Of a stretch of 64,000 bases of DNA, positions 1 through 16,612 are shown piece by piece. The position numbers were made by a program, and so were the translations under genes. The notes under the pieces were generated by a model. That model ran no database searches. It saw nothing but the letters and a program-made list of their open reading frames with translations, and was not told the DNA's origin. This DNA comes from Chlorokybus atmophyticus (lineage: Eukaryota > Plantae > Mesostigma and Chlorokybus algae): positions 1,555,186 through 1,619,185 of the forward strand of contig RHPI01002533.1 in assembly GCA_009103225.1 (NCBI GenBank), read 5' to 3'. Every line of letters begins with the position of its first letter. The first letter of the stretch is position 1.

Positions 1-1165
1 CACTGTCATGCGGGCAGGAATTTTGCTCCCCGCATCCTCTCACCTGCAACTTACCTCATCCTCTGCATGCAATCTGCATCCTCCGCATGCGATTGTTGAG
101 TCCACATGGCGTTGCTACTTCAATCATGTTGTGTCCTTTAAAGTGAGGCCTAGCTAACCAGCAACACATTCATTGAACAAAAGGGCATGTGAATGTTAAA
201 CATGTGTGCTGCGATAGACTGCAATGTGTTATCATATTAGTGTATTCCACTTACCGTATTGTTACGGCTCACTGAGCTTATCATGATTTTACGGGTTATT
301 GCCAACAGAAAGCGGTGCACGTAATGCATTTCACTGATCAACTGCTTAGTATCCAATGCAATGTGTAAAATAAGCGTTGTACATTGGCTTAGTCGAGGCT
401 TTTAACATTTAATGTTACAAGGTGAAAGTTATACATCACACGGTTTCAATGTGAGCCAACGAGAGTGTTAGCGTTGAACGGATGCGCTGGTAAACGCGTG
501 TAACTATATGAGGCATAGTGGTAAATGCACTAACATGAGCTAAACTATGGTTGTAAGGAGCTCTGAGAGGATGTATTCTCACTTGCGATATAGCCACTTT
601 GTGAGCTATTAAATTAACAATAGGCACATTGGCTCCGAGGAGCCATCTATCGAAACACGTCATGTTTCGTATTTCTTTCTTTTTTCGTTCGACCAATGAG
701 ATCAGACCGGTTCACACGGTGAATCGCACCACGCGCTTGTTGCATGCAAGTGCTGAGAAAAGCACCAAAAGTTGCTGGGCATGTTCTTCGCTGGTCCGCT
801 GGTCCGCTGACAATGTCAGCTTGACGCTTGCGCGGGCGATGTTGCCTACGCCCACATGCACACATTACACAAGTCGGCACATTTGGGCACTCTGCTGCAC
901 AAACAATTAGCGAGTTCTGGTTAGTCTTTTGCGCACTGTGTATGCGCGGGTGTTGCCTCGCCTTGACACTGTATACACACTCAACTTAGCATTGGCAGCG
1001 TTGAATGCACTGGCTGCAGTAACGTGCTGCTACACAGTGTGTAGCACACACTACGCTTACTGGTTGCAGAAGCTTAGGCCTAGCTGCAGCCTCACGCAAG
1101 CATGGCAACCGCTGCGCTATCGTAGGAAGAGACAGTGAGAGGGCTTAGCGGGCGGACGCTCAGCC

Positions 1166-3134
1166 ATGAGGGTGCTGCTGGCGGCGACTGCGGCCGTCGC
1201 CGTAGCAGCTACAGCAACAGCAGCAGCTGGAGCAGGAGCTGCCGGCAAGGAGGGCGGGGTTGCTGCCGGCGACAGTGCTGTCCTCAGCGACCACCCCATG
1301 CTCGTCGGCACCTTCCTCGCCATCCTTTCAGCTGTAAGCTCCAGAAGCAGTAGTTTTCAGTCGCACACCAGCTTGCAAAGGATGCCATGCATGCCCTGCC
1401 AGCTGTCAACCTGCGCTAACTCTGTCCAACTTGCATGTGCATGGCGAGACAAGCTTCGACTGTGGTTGCTTCCATGAACGCAACGCACCAGTGCAACTGT
1501 AGCCTGGGTAGCATGCAACATGCTAGCTGACTGGTTTGCACATGTGTTAGTGAGCAATAGCATTCTGTACGTTTGCATTGGAAGCGCGTGTTTTGAAGAG
1601 CATGCTGGATGATTGTACATCAACTAGTACAAAGTTAGCTTGCAAATGCAGAAGCAACGCTGCCTGTGTGCATACTGAGGACCATCATTGAATGGCAACA
1701 TGCAGGTGTGCAATGGCACATTTGCTGCATTGTCCAAGTTGGAGCGCGTGCAAGCGGACGGCACAGACCCGTTCATATTCAACGCTTACACGTGCTTGGG
1801 CATTGTTCTAAGGTGCGTTGGGGTTATTCAGCAGCTTAAAGCTGGAAAATGAGCTTGCAGGTTTGGTATTCAGGGTTCATGGCATGCGTGTTGTGTACCC
1901 ACTGCCAGGCTTGCAGCTTGTGTACGATGGCTCTGTTTGTGTAATAATTCACATTTGCGACATAATGTGTACAGCTCCACACTCTTCCTGGCATTCGCAC
2001 CCGTGCAATGCTTCACTTGGTGGGGCGCTCTGAGCGGCGCGCTGTTCGTGCTGTCTGCCGCGCAGGCTTTCATTGCTGTTCGCAGAATTGACCTGTCAGT
2101 GGCACAGGTGCGCACGCAAACAACAACATTCGCTCGCTCACATACACACAACACTTATGACATAGCTTATAGAACGACAGACTGACAAAGTGTGTGAACT
2201 GCGTGCTGCTCACACAAGTGACATTGAAACCTGAACTGGAATGCAGGGTGTCTGGTGTGGGACGGCGATAGTGGTGTCTTTCGTGTTTGGGGCATTCCTG
2301 GACCCGAGCGGCCACTACATCACGCACATATGGCGTGCGCTGGTTGCAATAGGTATCCTCGTGGCGGGAACGGCAGGCGTGGCAGCAGCGGGCACCTTGG
2401 CGCATGACTCTGCGGACGCCGGCTACTTGTACTCCTCTCTAGCCCCATCATATGATGAGGTGTGAGCTGTACTGTGTGCTGCGCTTTATTAGCACAGTGA
2501 CCAGTGCTCTCTGCTCCGTGGATGACTTTGCTAGTAGTTTTCTGGTTGCATGTCAAGCAACAGTTTCCAGCACAATTCTCAAGTTGATGGTATTCAGTCT
2601 AGCAGTGGCTATAACAACATAGGACACAATTCACAGGGCGTTATTATTATTGAGTGCTGATTGACTCTGTTGTGTGCGCAGATGAACAGGGAGCGCTTGA
2701 CAGGTTTCGTGTGTGCAATCGTGGCGGGCTTCTTCGGCGGTTTGGTCCTGGCGCCAATGTCGTATGCTTCACCACTCTGCCAGGGAGTGCAGTACTTGCC
2801 TTCGTTCGGCGTGGGTGTGTTGATCGCAGCGCCTGTTGTCACGGCACTGCCATTCATGTGGCGCAAGGAGTGGCCAGAGTACCACGCTGATGCTGCAGCG
2901 CTGCCGGGCATTACCTCAGGCGTTGTGTGGAACCTTGGCAACGCGTGCAGCATACTCGCTCTCCACCGCGTTGGACTCGCCATTGCCTACCCAATCATGC
3001 AGAGTGGGCTGTTTGTTGCCGGTGCGTGGGGCATCTTCCTCTACCACGAGCTGCGTGGGAAGGCTGCCATGATTTTCTGGGTATCTGGCGTCGTGCTTAT
3101 CATGGGAACAGCGCTGCTAGTGTCTTCACGGTAA
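1166..3134 (+). CDS. TMEM144-like / DMT-superfamily (sugar transporter-type) membrane protein, 5 exons
   Basis: Exons 1166-1333, 1706-1812, 1975-2107, 2247-2459 and 2682-3134 join in frame via GT-AG introns. Many hydrophobic helices. C-terminal GLAIAYPIMQSGLFVAGAWGIFLYHE motif is typical of TMEM144/GlcU-type DMT proteins. Confidence 0.8.
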
Positions 3135-4959
3135 AGGCGCGCGATTCGTGTGCTGTTCTCAAGGTTGCCACTCAACATGGGTGGTAGAGTGTGGGGAATG
3201 TGACATCGGTGTGCTAGTGGGGTGCATTTGGGCATTGCGCAAGGCGTCATTGCCGTTATGCGTGTAGTCGAGCGATTGTGGCATCTGCAGGCATCAATGC
3301 TAGCAAGAGAGATGCAGGTTATGGTCTGCCCATGCAATTCCTGGTGGTGTTGCAGGTGATGTTCACCATTGAAAATGCACATGCTTTGAGGTTGCTGAGT
3401 GGTTCTGAGGATGTTAAGCTTAGCACTTACATGCGGTTCTAGCGGGCTCGAAGCCCAGCGGCTCATGGGCAGGTAATATTGGTATATGCATGCACATACA
3501 ATGTGTGGCGCATGCATGGCTAGCAGGTGTATTAGCGAGATGTAGAATAGCTGAGGCTGAATGGCTGGAGGTGCTGAGTTGAACCCGGTGGTCGAACTTA
3601 TGCAAGAGTGAGCTCGCATGTGTGTATGTGTGTGCTTGCCATGGGCTGCCACGTTGGAGCATGTGAAAGGAGTGTGACACATTTAGCACATGCAGACATG
3701 ATGTTACTAATGGCTGTACGTCTTTCAAGTCTAACAATGGATTGTCTTTTGGTTATGATGAGAAAGTCTTTGCAATAATGCTAAGAATTGCACGCGAGTA
3801 AACAACATTTGCATAATGTTATCTGTCTAAAAAGGCAATAACAATGCATTTTACCAAAAATACAAGCCAAGTAACTGACACGTACACGTATGATATGTAC
3901 AATGTTACGATGCATCATCCCACACAAAATACACTTCAAGCCTTGTGAACCACACTGTCTTTATAAGCATTACATTTTATGTCGCTTACCTAAATCATGA
4001 TGTCACTTCAACCTTACAGCGATGAATGTACATCACGATTAACACGAAACTCAAAAGCAAATTTTGATGAGTCTTTCAATGTCGTTTACCAATGGGTAAT
4101 TAACAAAATGTCAGCAAACAACATTATCAATGATTGTGTAATGTATCAATTCACAAGAGTAACAGTTTTCAATTAGTGATTGATGCGCTCGGAAAATAAT
4201 TGAAACTTCACAACCATGAGAAACATAATGAATGCCATCCACGTTAATAATCAGCACATTCTGATCATAATGTAAAAAAATGTACATGTGTATTTATACT
4301 TGCACGTTGTAGATAATGCGTTGCCCCCCCCCCCCTCTGTACACGCACATGTTATGTTGTAACGTCTTGCAATTGTTGAGCTCGCATCGATGCCATCAAC
4401 ATCCATGTTGTAGCAATGGTACTAAGCTGTCGCAGATGATTAGTATGAAGCACACAGTATGATTACCATATGCATACCGTAAGTGCGTATTTGTATAATA
4501 TTAAACACGTGACGTACCGATGCAACTGTATCAATTTTCTGCACATTGAACTTGTGCCAGCAAGAATGATCAATGATGGTTTATGAGCAACATCAGAGAC
4601 ATGTGACTCGTGAGTCTTAGATAATCCATTTCGTGAATTGGGGCAGGCAATTTCCTTGGTTGTGGCAAACCGTGCCTGTATCCAGCCTAGCACTCCGCAC
4701 AGACGAACTTCCTACTGGCATGCCACATTTGAACTCTGGCTGACGCTCGCCTCATCCGCTGACGGCAAAGCCACCCACGGCGGTAGCGGCGGCGGCGAGA
4801 AGGCCTGCGCTGGTGTCGTTGATGCTGGTGTTGTCTGAGGGGTATATTAGAGTGTGCATCAGGAATCACCATCTCTCGCTTGCATTAAATTGCTCTTGAT
4901 AGAGCTGGTAGCATGCTGGGAAGCGGCGGCGGCGGAGGAGCGGGACAGGAGGCGGCGGG

Positions 4960-7444
<2,485 letters not shown>

Positions 7445-8453
7445 CTCGCTCAACAACACAGAATTGTGCTTGTCATTATTATGACATGTTAACACTTGCA
7501 GCTGCATGCAACCTGCCTGTGCTGCATGGTTGCTGGGAGTGCCAGATATCGAGTACAACACAGGCATATATGCATGCATCTCTAATCTGTACACCATGCT
7601 GTAGCTGGAAGTTGTGGGACATGCACAGATTGTCCAAGTGACCAAAACCACGCAGGTGGCTGTTGTATTGCAAGTAACTTGGCGTAAGAGAGTATGCGAC
7701 ACACAAGCAGCACATGCAAGCACAATCATGGTCAAAACTCACATGCTGATGAGCCCTTTTGCAATGAGGTTGCAATGTGGTTACTTGTCGTCCTTTAACA
7801 TGGGCCTATCGCCCACAGAAGGGAACGTCACTGTTCCGATATATGCAGTTAGTTGGGATATGTACGCAGGTTGCGTCCTTCATGGCGCACCAACATCAGC
7901 AGCGCAGCCAAGCCGTACTGCAGGTACACAGGTATGGCTGCTCGTTAATTCATCACTTCTAGTCATAAGGCTGGGCTGCAGCCTAGAATCGGCCAGTGAG
8001 GATGCACGCAAGCATGCGCACGCACACGTATATATTGGCTGGTGTCTGCGTCTCACGTGTGCGATGCATGTGACTTGCGCTGTAGGGTGCGATACACCTT
8101 GTGCATGCCGCTAGTTGTGCGTCAGATCTTTATACACGTGCGCAATTGCACAGTGAGAATGCACGTGCATACTTGCATGCGTGCGGACACATGCATGGCA
8201 ACGAACTCGTTGTAGCACTTATATCACTCTGAACAATGCCCAGCAATCAACTTCACAGCCACACACATACATGCGCTCTGATTAGAACCACCTGTGGTTG
8301 TTCATTCATAAGCTGGCCAGGTGACAGGTCTCGTTGCCATGCCCAATCAATGCACTGCAAGTGCGCTCTGGTAACAACAGTGTTGTTCACCTATTATAGT
8401 TGTGTCATCATGCTTCATTACACCTCCGCTGACCATACGATGACGTTGCCTAC

Positions 8454-9200
8454 TTAACAACCGCGGCTGCATTCCATCAAGCAGTAATTAACTATCTCCA
8501 TGTCTTTAGTCCAAACATGCCAGCATGCATGCATGAACACTGCGTCGGCTGCATTCGGGTCTTCTTGCCTTGTATTTTCCAACAATAGGAAAAGCGATCC
8601 TGCGTGGTGGATGCTGTTCACCGAACTTGTCGGGATGTAGACATCATAGAAGACAGTGCCTTCATCGTTCTCATTCATGCACGGGGTTTCTTCCGGGAGG
8701 AACTGCGTGTCTGGAACGTGCAGCAGCTCTCCATTTGAATCCCTCACTACAAAAATGTCAATGATGATCTGGTCCGCAATGCCTCCAGCTTTGGATTGCA
8801 GGGTCTCGAGCGCTGCTGGACCCAACACATAGTCCCCTTCCTACCAGTAGCTATAATCGTTGTTGCAATGGTGCTGGGTGTACGGCTGCGACTCTTGCGG
8901 TACAAACAGGTTGTGATCGTTGTAGCGCACCATCATGAAGGCCAACTGATCAAGCTTCCCAGCAAAGCGTGAGAGATTTACATGCGCTATCTCCTTGCAA
9001 CAAACTTGCACGTGAGCCCTTAGTGCGGCGTGCATTGGCCATCTGTGATGGTAGTACTCGTCCTCCACATCACCCGCCGCCTGCTTCCACTGTTAACGCA
9101 TCGCATGCGTACGCCGTCTCTTGGACATGAGAACTTGATGATCAAGCGCACCAGGTCACCATCCTCCAACACAGCCACTTGCACTGCTACGGACTGCCGC
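8454..9200 (-). pseudogene. Disrupted F-box-like gene relic
   Basis: F-box-like segment VLEDGDLVRLIIKFSCPRDGVRMRCVN shifts frame near 9092 into QWKQAAGDVEDEYY. ORFs 9068-8841 and 8828-8454 are in the same frame, separated by a single TAG at 8841-8843. Confidence 0.45.
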
Positions 9201-10519
9201 GCTGTGCTTGAGTCCTGCATGCTGAGAAGCAAGCAGAGCTTTGTCGTTGTCACATGTGGACATAGGCTGACCAGTGAACGCTACTCAAATGCAGGCAGAG
9301 GTTTCACACTTGTTGCAACTGTAACGCTCAGGTGCAGCTGGAGGCCATGCAGTCAAGTACGTTGGCTGGCTTGACACAGGTGACAGCACACAGCTTGCGT
9401 GCCACGAGTGACAGGCAGTGCCAAGCAGCATGCCTTTCATAGTGCATGCACAAACAGCAGTGTCACGTCAATGCTTGTGATGCCGGACAACTGATCTCAT
9501 GCTGCAGGCCATGAGGGCCAGAAGCAAGCAACAAAGGTCAATGCATCGCGCCGGTAGCAGCACATTCTTGTCATCCTCATGCACCTTTACACCGCTATTT
9601 GCCCGGTAGTGGGCTAGGGTTTATGGCCAATTGGCCACCGAGTCCACTGCTCGACTCAGCTGGGCGCCAGCTGAACGCAGCCTCAATGACGCCGTCCGCC
9701 AGCTTGGCATCAGCTGCCACAGCTCCTTGGCTGGTAAGGTTGGCAGCTGGTAAGCCGCTTGCCTAAGCTCAGAACGGTGCCTGCTTTAATGGCCTGCTCG
9801 TGGCTAGTACAAGGTGAGCCAAGCCAATGCTTGGTGTCGGTCGTGTATCCACTTTGCGGCACTCATCTAGTATGCAACGACCTTGCATTTGGCGTGTAGC
9901 AGTGCTGTTAGGCAGCGCTGTGGTTCATTGTCGGCGTCTTGCAGCAGCTTTGTGCTGCAACAACAGTAGCAGCGGTAGCCGTGTTAGCAATGATGGTATA
10001 GCTGTAGTCGCAGCAGTCCCAGCTGCAGTAGTTGTAAGGGTAGAAGCAGTCTGGCCAAATTGCTGTCCTAGCAGCAGCAGGGACAGTTGTACCAGAGTTC
10101 CAGTTTGCAGAAGAGCGCTGTCTGTGTTGCAAAATGCCTGGCAAACGACAAAGTGTTTCCGGCAGCATGTCTTGCAAGGACAATACCGAAAACAGTTGCT
10201 GTGCATCGATGGCGGCCTGTGGCTGTGCATGATGAGCGCAGTAAAGTGAAGTAGTGAGGCCGCTTGCCATGGCATATGCACTCGCAACACTGGCAATTGT
10301 ATAACTTTTTGTCGAGAATGGCATTGAAGATGTGGGTGGCATTTAGCCATTACGTGGAAAAGTACTACCCCAATCCGTCTCAAAAATGTGAATGGCGTAT
10401 AGCCATTGCATGCAAGTGTAACACTCAAATTTCGCTACTGTAGAATGGGTGACGCAACATAACTAACCTCTCAACCTAAGCCAAAATTGTGTTTTGCTCA
10501 CAGCCATGCTGTCTACCAA

Positions 10520-11541
<1,022 letters not shown>

Positions 11542-12709
11542 CGTTACGGATGACGCTGCCGTTGTTTCTACTGTCCGCTTGTTACACGCAGTCTCGCATG
11601 CCACACATTCCGTCGTCGTTATAAGCATGGTGTTCCGTGCCTTAATGGTGGGCTTGGGTGCTCCGTAAGTGCCCGTAAGTTGTAAGTTACAACTTGTAAT
11701 GCCAGGCCCTACCCTAATGTAAGTTTAACAGCTCATGATTAGCGTTGTTGTAAGGCAAGGCATGCTTATGCAATGATTTACGTATTATCTATATGTAAAC
11801 TTGCGATATATGGTATGTTACGCACGTATTCATGCATGCTAAGCAAGTATGTTTTATTGCTAATTACGTTGCCGATTGACAATGTTATGCCATAACTGCA
11901 AAAGAAGGTCCTTTTATAAAACACGTTGAGCATGTGCGCGTGATTGTCAGGCACAATACTTCAGACTTGCATCAGACTTTGCTATTAAAAATGAAGTATA
12001 AATCAAATATTAAGTTCTATGATTCACGGCATGCAAGCTCGCAGCATTTACAATATCAACACCATACATTCAAGATCATTGTATTCTTGTATCGTAAGCC
12101 GTGAGTTATTAGTAAACACATTTGCGTTTAATCTGAACAAAAGCCATTACAACATATTCCATCCTGTGGTCATGATTACCATCGTAACATTTTACGCCAT
12201 ACAATAAGTAATGCGAATGTGAATAAAACGAAACTACTGATGCACATACAAATTAAGACCCAAGAAAATGTGTAACATTCTGACCACTTCGATTAAATAA
12301 CTACATTTGAACATATCCTCGTGCGGCGTTTCACATTTAAGTCGTCATCACACGTGTTCAAATCGCTCTTATACACTATAACACATCATGATCATTGTGA
12401 AAACGTATGAACATGCATCGTAGTTGCACGTGCATCAAAATTGTGCGTATAGTAATATAGCAAATGAGTGTACGGACAAACATAAATGCGATGCATGAGC
12501 ATGCAAACACCAATGCATCTCGCCCATGGTATACTATATGAAAACCTCGTTACTTTCATTTCAAGTATAAAAGATCGATATGAACACAACCTGCCATGGT
12601 GAAGCGCGGAGCTGGCAGGTGAAAGTACTAACCTTGCCCTTGCCTGCTCCCCCATTCTTGGCTGTTGCATTGCAGCCTAATGTACTTGGCTTGATAATCA
12701 TCCCCTCCC

Positions 12710-12851
12710 NNNNNNNNNNNNNNNNNNNNNNNNNNNNNNNNNNNNNNNNNNNNNNNNNNNNNNNNNNNNNNNNNNNNNNNNNNNNNNNNNNNNNNNNNNN
12801 NNNNNNNNNNNNNNNNNNNNNNNNNNNNNNNNNNNNNNNNNNNNNNNNNNN
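12710..12851. other. Assembly gap (142 N)
   Basis: Run of N flanked by C-rich sequence. Confidence 0.99.
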
Positions 12852-13101
12852 CCCCCCCCGCGCGCGCGCGCCGCGCCGCTCGCGCGTTGGTCGTTGTGAT
12901 TGTTGTTAATGCAAGCTTTGCGTGTGCCTGCCTTGTCAAGTCATATAGATTTGCTGTGCCACACAGGCACTCGGTATATCCTTTACAAACATATCATATA
13001 CATCAGTGAATAGGTGCAGTTTTCTGTCCCACTTATGACTTCATAGTCCAAGCTAAGCGTCTCGTATTGACAAGTTCAAGCAGCTATGGGCCTTCTATGC
13101 C

Positions 13102-15440
13102 CTAAGCAAAAGAGATGGCTTGACAATTTTTATTGCATGGGTATGCGCATTTCTCAATGACAGGTTTGGTGTCCTTCACTCTGTCAAAGAACCAATCGGC
13201 GAACACCGCTTGTGCACGCACGCCATCAGCGGTACGCAAGCCACTCCACAATCTGTCAATAAGACTGTTGCAATGCGTCATACAGGCGTGCACAAACACG
13301 CCGTGCCGCGATTGCAGTCCCACTATGTCGTCCAATATCGCCACATTGTCAGCATGGAACTTCTGCACCCATTGAACGCAGAACAGTGAGCAGCAAGGTG
13401 CATAGTGACACCTACAACACATACAATGACTCAGCATGCAGTGTAGTACCTGCACTGCGGTGAGTCTGTCAGCGCTACTGAGGGCCGTAATGACTGCTGA
13501 ATGGGTTCCGCCGGGAAGCAATGCATGCGCAAGCGACCACGTGTCGGCGGCGCTGTTGAGCACGAACACTGGAGTGATGATGTTGGGGAGGAGGTATTGC
13601 GGGAAGGCACACTGCAATTATGCAATCCAGTTTGACAGAATGTTGACCAGTAGAGCATGCACAACTGTAGTAAGTCACTTGCGGTCTGTTAAATTCGTCT
13701 TGCAACTGACCTTCCAACGGCTATCACTCCCGCTTGACCTGATGCATGGAGCGCTAACAGTCGTGTTCTGTAGCTCGTGCACGCCTTGAAACAGCGCACG
13801 TAGTTTCTGCAGGCAGAGCACACATGTTGATCAAACAATCATTACCATGTGTAGTCACGGGCTCACATACAAAAAGCGGTAACGTATGAAAGCCGCATCA
13901 TGGCATGAGCATGCTGTGACAAAGCAATCAACCTGTTGGCCATCAACAGTAGGCGTATTTGTGAAGAAACCGGCATCGGACATGCATTTCAACCCTGTGG
14001 TTGATGGCAGCATAGCGCGCACAGTGTCACAAGAGTAATACACAGCTAAACCGCCTGCCGAACACCCCGTCAGCAGCACCTGCACACTCGCACATAAGTG
14101 TCCATAACATGTTTCACATTTGTTTTGATAACATATGTTATACAGCAGTGATGCAACTACATGAGAGCACGCACGCTTTTTGCCGTGGACAGCCCCCGCT
14201 TCATCAGGCTTGACATGACGGCTTCAAGCACATACTTTCCACGGAAATACACGTCATGGCCGTTATAGTTGGCCGGCTCCGCCACATCGCCATTGAATGA
14301 GCCACCATCGCAGTAGTTCACAAACACCACGCTTGAGTCGTAAAAGTCTACACAAATCACCAGTGTCAGCATATGCATAAGCAAACAGCATATACAAGTC
14401 TCTTTCAGCATTGCACAAGCGTAACGGACCCGGGTTGACTGCCGGGTCTGCGGATAGGATGCCTGAGGTTGGCGTGGTGGTTGACCAATGCCTGTGTGCA
14501 CCGCTGACGTGAACTCAACCCTACTATGGACTTTAAGTGATAATGCACGGAGCGTTACTTCACCTGGAACTGCCCAGACGCGTGCGAGCGCGCTGTGCGC
14601 ATTGCGCAAGATCGTAACACCATCCACCTCCCTGCAATCAAGTTCATCAGTCCAACATAACATCCTGGAACGCGTGGGGCAGTGTAGAACAACATGGGAG
14701 GCTTACAACTGACAAGGAACATGCAGTAACACGTATGGATAGCAAACATGATACGCATGAGGTATTGACATGTAGTTGTGCGTGCTATCCAACACACCTC
14801 TAGGTGTATAATCCATCGCGCAGCTGCAGCTCCCTTCCCTTTGCGCCAGTAGTAACCTGGTGGGCTGCCATCCAAGCATGCAGCGAGCCTGTGCTCGTGC
14901 GGGCTGATGATTACCAGACTGGCAAAGCCATCTGAAAGTGGAGAGTTCTCGGGAACGCCGCTACGTCGCGTATCCAAACGACAGGGTATGAACCTGTTTG
15001 TGCGAACACGCCATGAGCTGCGTTGCTGCCATCACACATGCATGTGCATGTATATGCGCACGCACGCTCACACACACCAGTGTGAACAGTGTACTGTGCG
15101 ACATGACTGGCTACAAGTTTTGCTCCAGCGTGCAAGTGAGCTTTGAACCAGTTACACACACCACACTGAGGCACAATAGCAAGCAAGTCAGTCACCTGCA
15201 CCCTTCAGGACGCAGATCGGTGAGGCCAGTTGCGCCTGAGGTTATCAGGTAGTAAATGGTGGTCAGAGATGCCACCAGAAGGAATGCGATTGCCAAAGTT
15301 CGTGCGGGGCGCCGAAAGCTGTGTTCAGCACTTTGAGCGTCGTCGTGATGCTGCCCCAAAGGTGAAGGCTTCACCTGGTAGGCTCTTGTTGAGGTTTCAA
15401 ACTTCTCCAAGTCTGTTTGCGAGGAACCACGCCGCAGCAT
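13102..15440 (-). CDS. Pectin acetylesterase / NOTUM-family esterase with N-terminal membrane anchor, 9 exons
   Basis: Exons 15440-15196, 14993-14798, 14631-14564, 14491-14430, 14347-14175, 14079-13933, 13806-13711, 13611-13450 and 13362-13102. Motifs [23 protein letters not shown], nucleophile GCSAGG, SDAGFF, CAFPQY, catalytic D (SAADTW) and H (MTHC), and C-terminal CAYPCNKNC. Confidence 0.92.
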
Positions 15441-15952
15441 TGTGCATTGTCCCAAGGAGAAATATCAGTCACGCAACCCTGTCTCTCAAGAACCTATTGT
15501 GAAGAACGACAAGAGTGACACGTGACAGCTTGCAGCAATACAGATTCTTGCAACATGGTCAAGCATCACAACTTGTTGCGCACAACGTTCTACTTCACAA
15601 TGCGTCAACAACAGCCAAAAGCCAACATCAAACATGTTACACGCTGCATGCATGCAGTGGTACAAACCAAATGTCCTTGCTGTATTCAGGGTGCTAGCTG
15701 CATATGAAGCAATAGGCAAACATCTTGTCAGTTGGTGTATGCTAAACTCCGCACTTAAGGCACAGCACATGCAGATAAACATCTGCACTACAGACCAACC
15801 TAGCCAAGCGCAGGAGGTCTCCAGCAAGCCTGCTGCTGGCCACAGCTGATCAGCAAGCACTGAAGTCGCACACCGCAGCTCCTTGAGCAGAAGAAAGGAA
15901 ACACCGTGAACAAGAAGAAGAACTAGAAGCCTAAGCACCTGGCGCCTTAAAA

Positions 15953-16390
15953 ATGCACCAGCGAGCAGCCACCGCCGCCGCTGCTGAGACCAACAAGCAC
16001 AGGCACAGTGACAGTGACAGGCGTTGGCTGTGCGCTGGGGATGAAGAACTGAGTGTGGGCGGCAGTAGCGGTGGCAGGCATGAGGGGGTTGGCGACATGT
16101 CTAGCGGGGGAGGCGGCGACAAGGGCAGCCGGGGAGGGGAGCCGCCTCTTCCCCGCAGCGCCCTGGTCGTGAGCGCCGCCGGAGCCGTGCTTGCTATGGG
16201 CTGGGGAGCACTGGTGCTGTGGAGGGCAGGCAGCAACTTCTACCAGTGGGTTGCGGGCGACGCTGGTACCTCGGCGGCGGCGGCGGTGAAGGTGGAGCAT
16301 CAGCAGGAAGCAGCTACTCCTCAGGACTCGCTTTATTACAATCAATACCGCAACAGCACTCCCTTCCCCCCTCCCAAACCCCGGCTTTAG
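15953..16390 (+). CDS. Hypothetical single-pass membrane protein (intronless ORF)
   Basis: 145-codon GC-rich ORF with one hydrophobic segment (ALVVSAAGAVLAMGWGALVLW), divergent from the pectin acetylesterase gene. No family recognised. Confidence 0.45.
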   Translation: MHQRAATAAAAETNKHRHSDSDRRWLCAGDEELSVGGSSGGRHEGVGDMSSGGGGDKGSRGGEPPLPRSALVVSAAGAVLAMGWGALVLWRAGSNFYQWVAGDAGTSAAAAVKVEHQQEAATPQDSLYYNQYRNSTPFPPPKPRL

Positions 16391-16612
16391 AGCAAGCCTT
16401 CTGCGAAGCTGAGCAGACCAGTAGAGGTAGCTAGTTGATTTTTGGGTTGTTTAACTTGGAACGTTGCTGGCGGCTATGTCGTTTGGTGTGTCTGCCCCCC
16501 CTTTTCGTGGCATTTCGAACGTTTGTACATAACTCTGTTGTTTCTGCTCTAGTTGCAAGCGGTTGTTGTAGTGCGTGATAGCCTACAGAGGAGCAGCAGG
16601 TAGGCAGCAGCC

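Noticed and set aside
3683-4700. AT-rich intergenic stretch (also 11700-12700) considered as a Helitron or foreign insert
   Set aside because: No terminal hairpin/CTRR end, TIRs or TSDs could be identified.
9615-9623. Interstitial telomere at TAGGGTTTA
   Set aside because: A single unit, not an array, and compatible with chance or an isolated telo-box.
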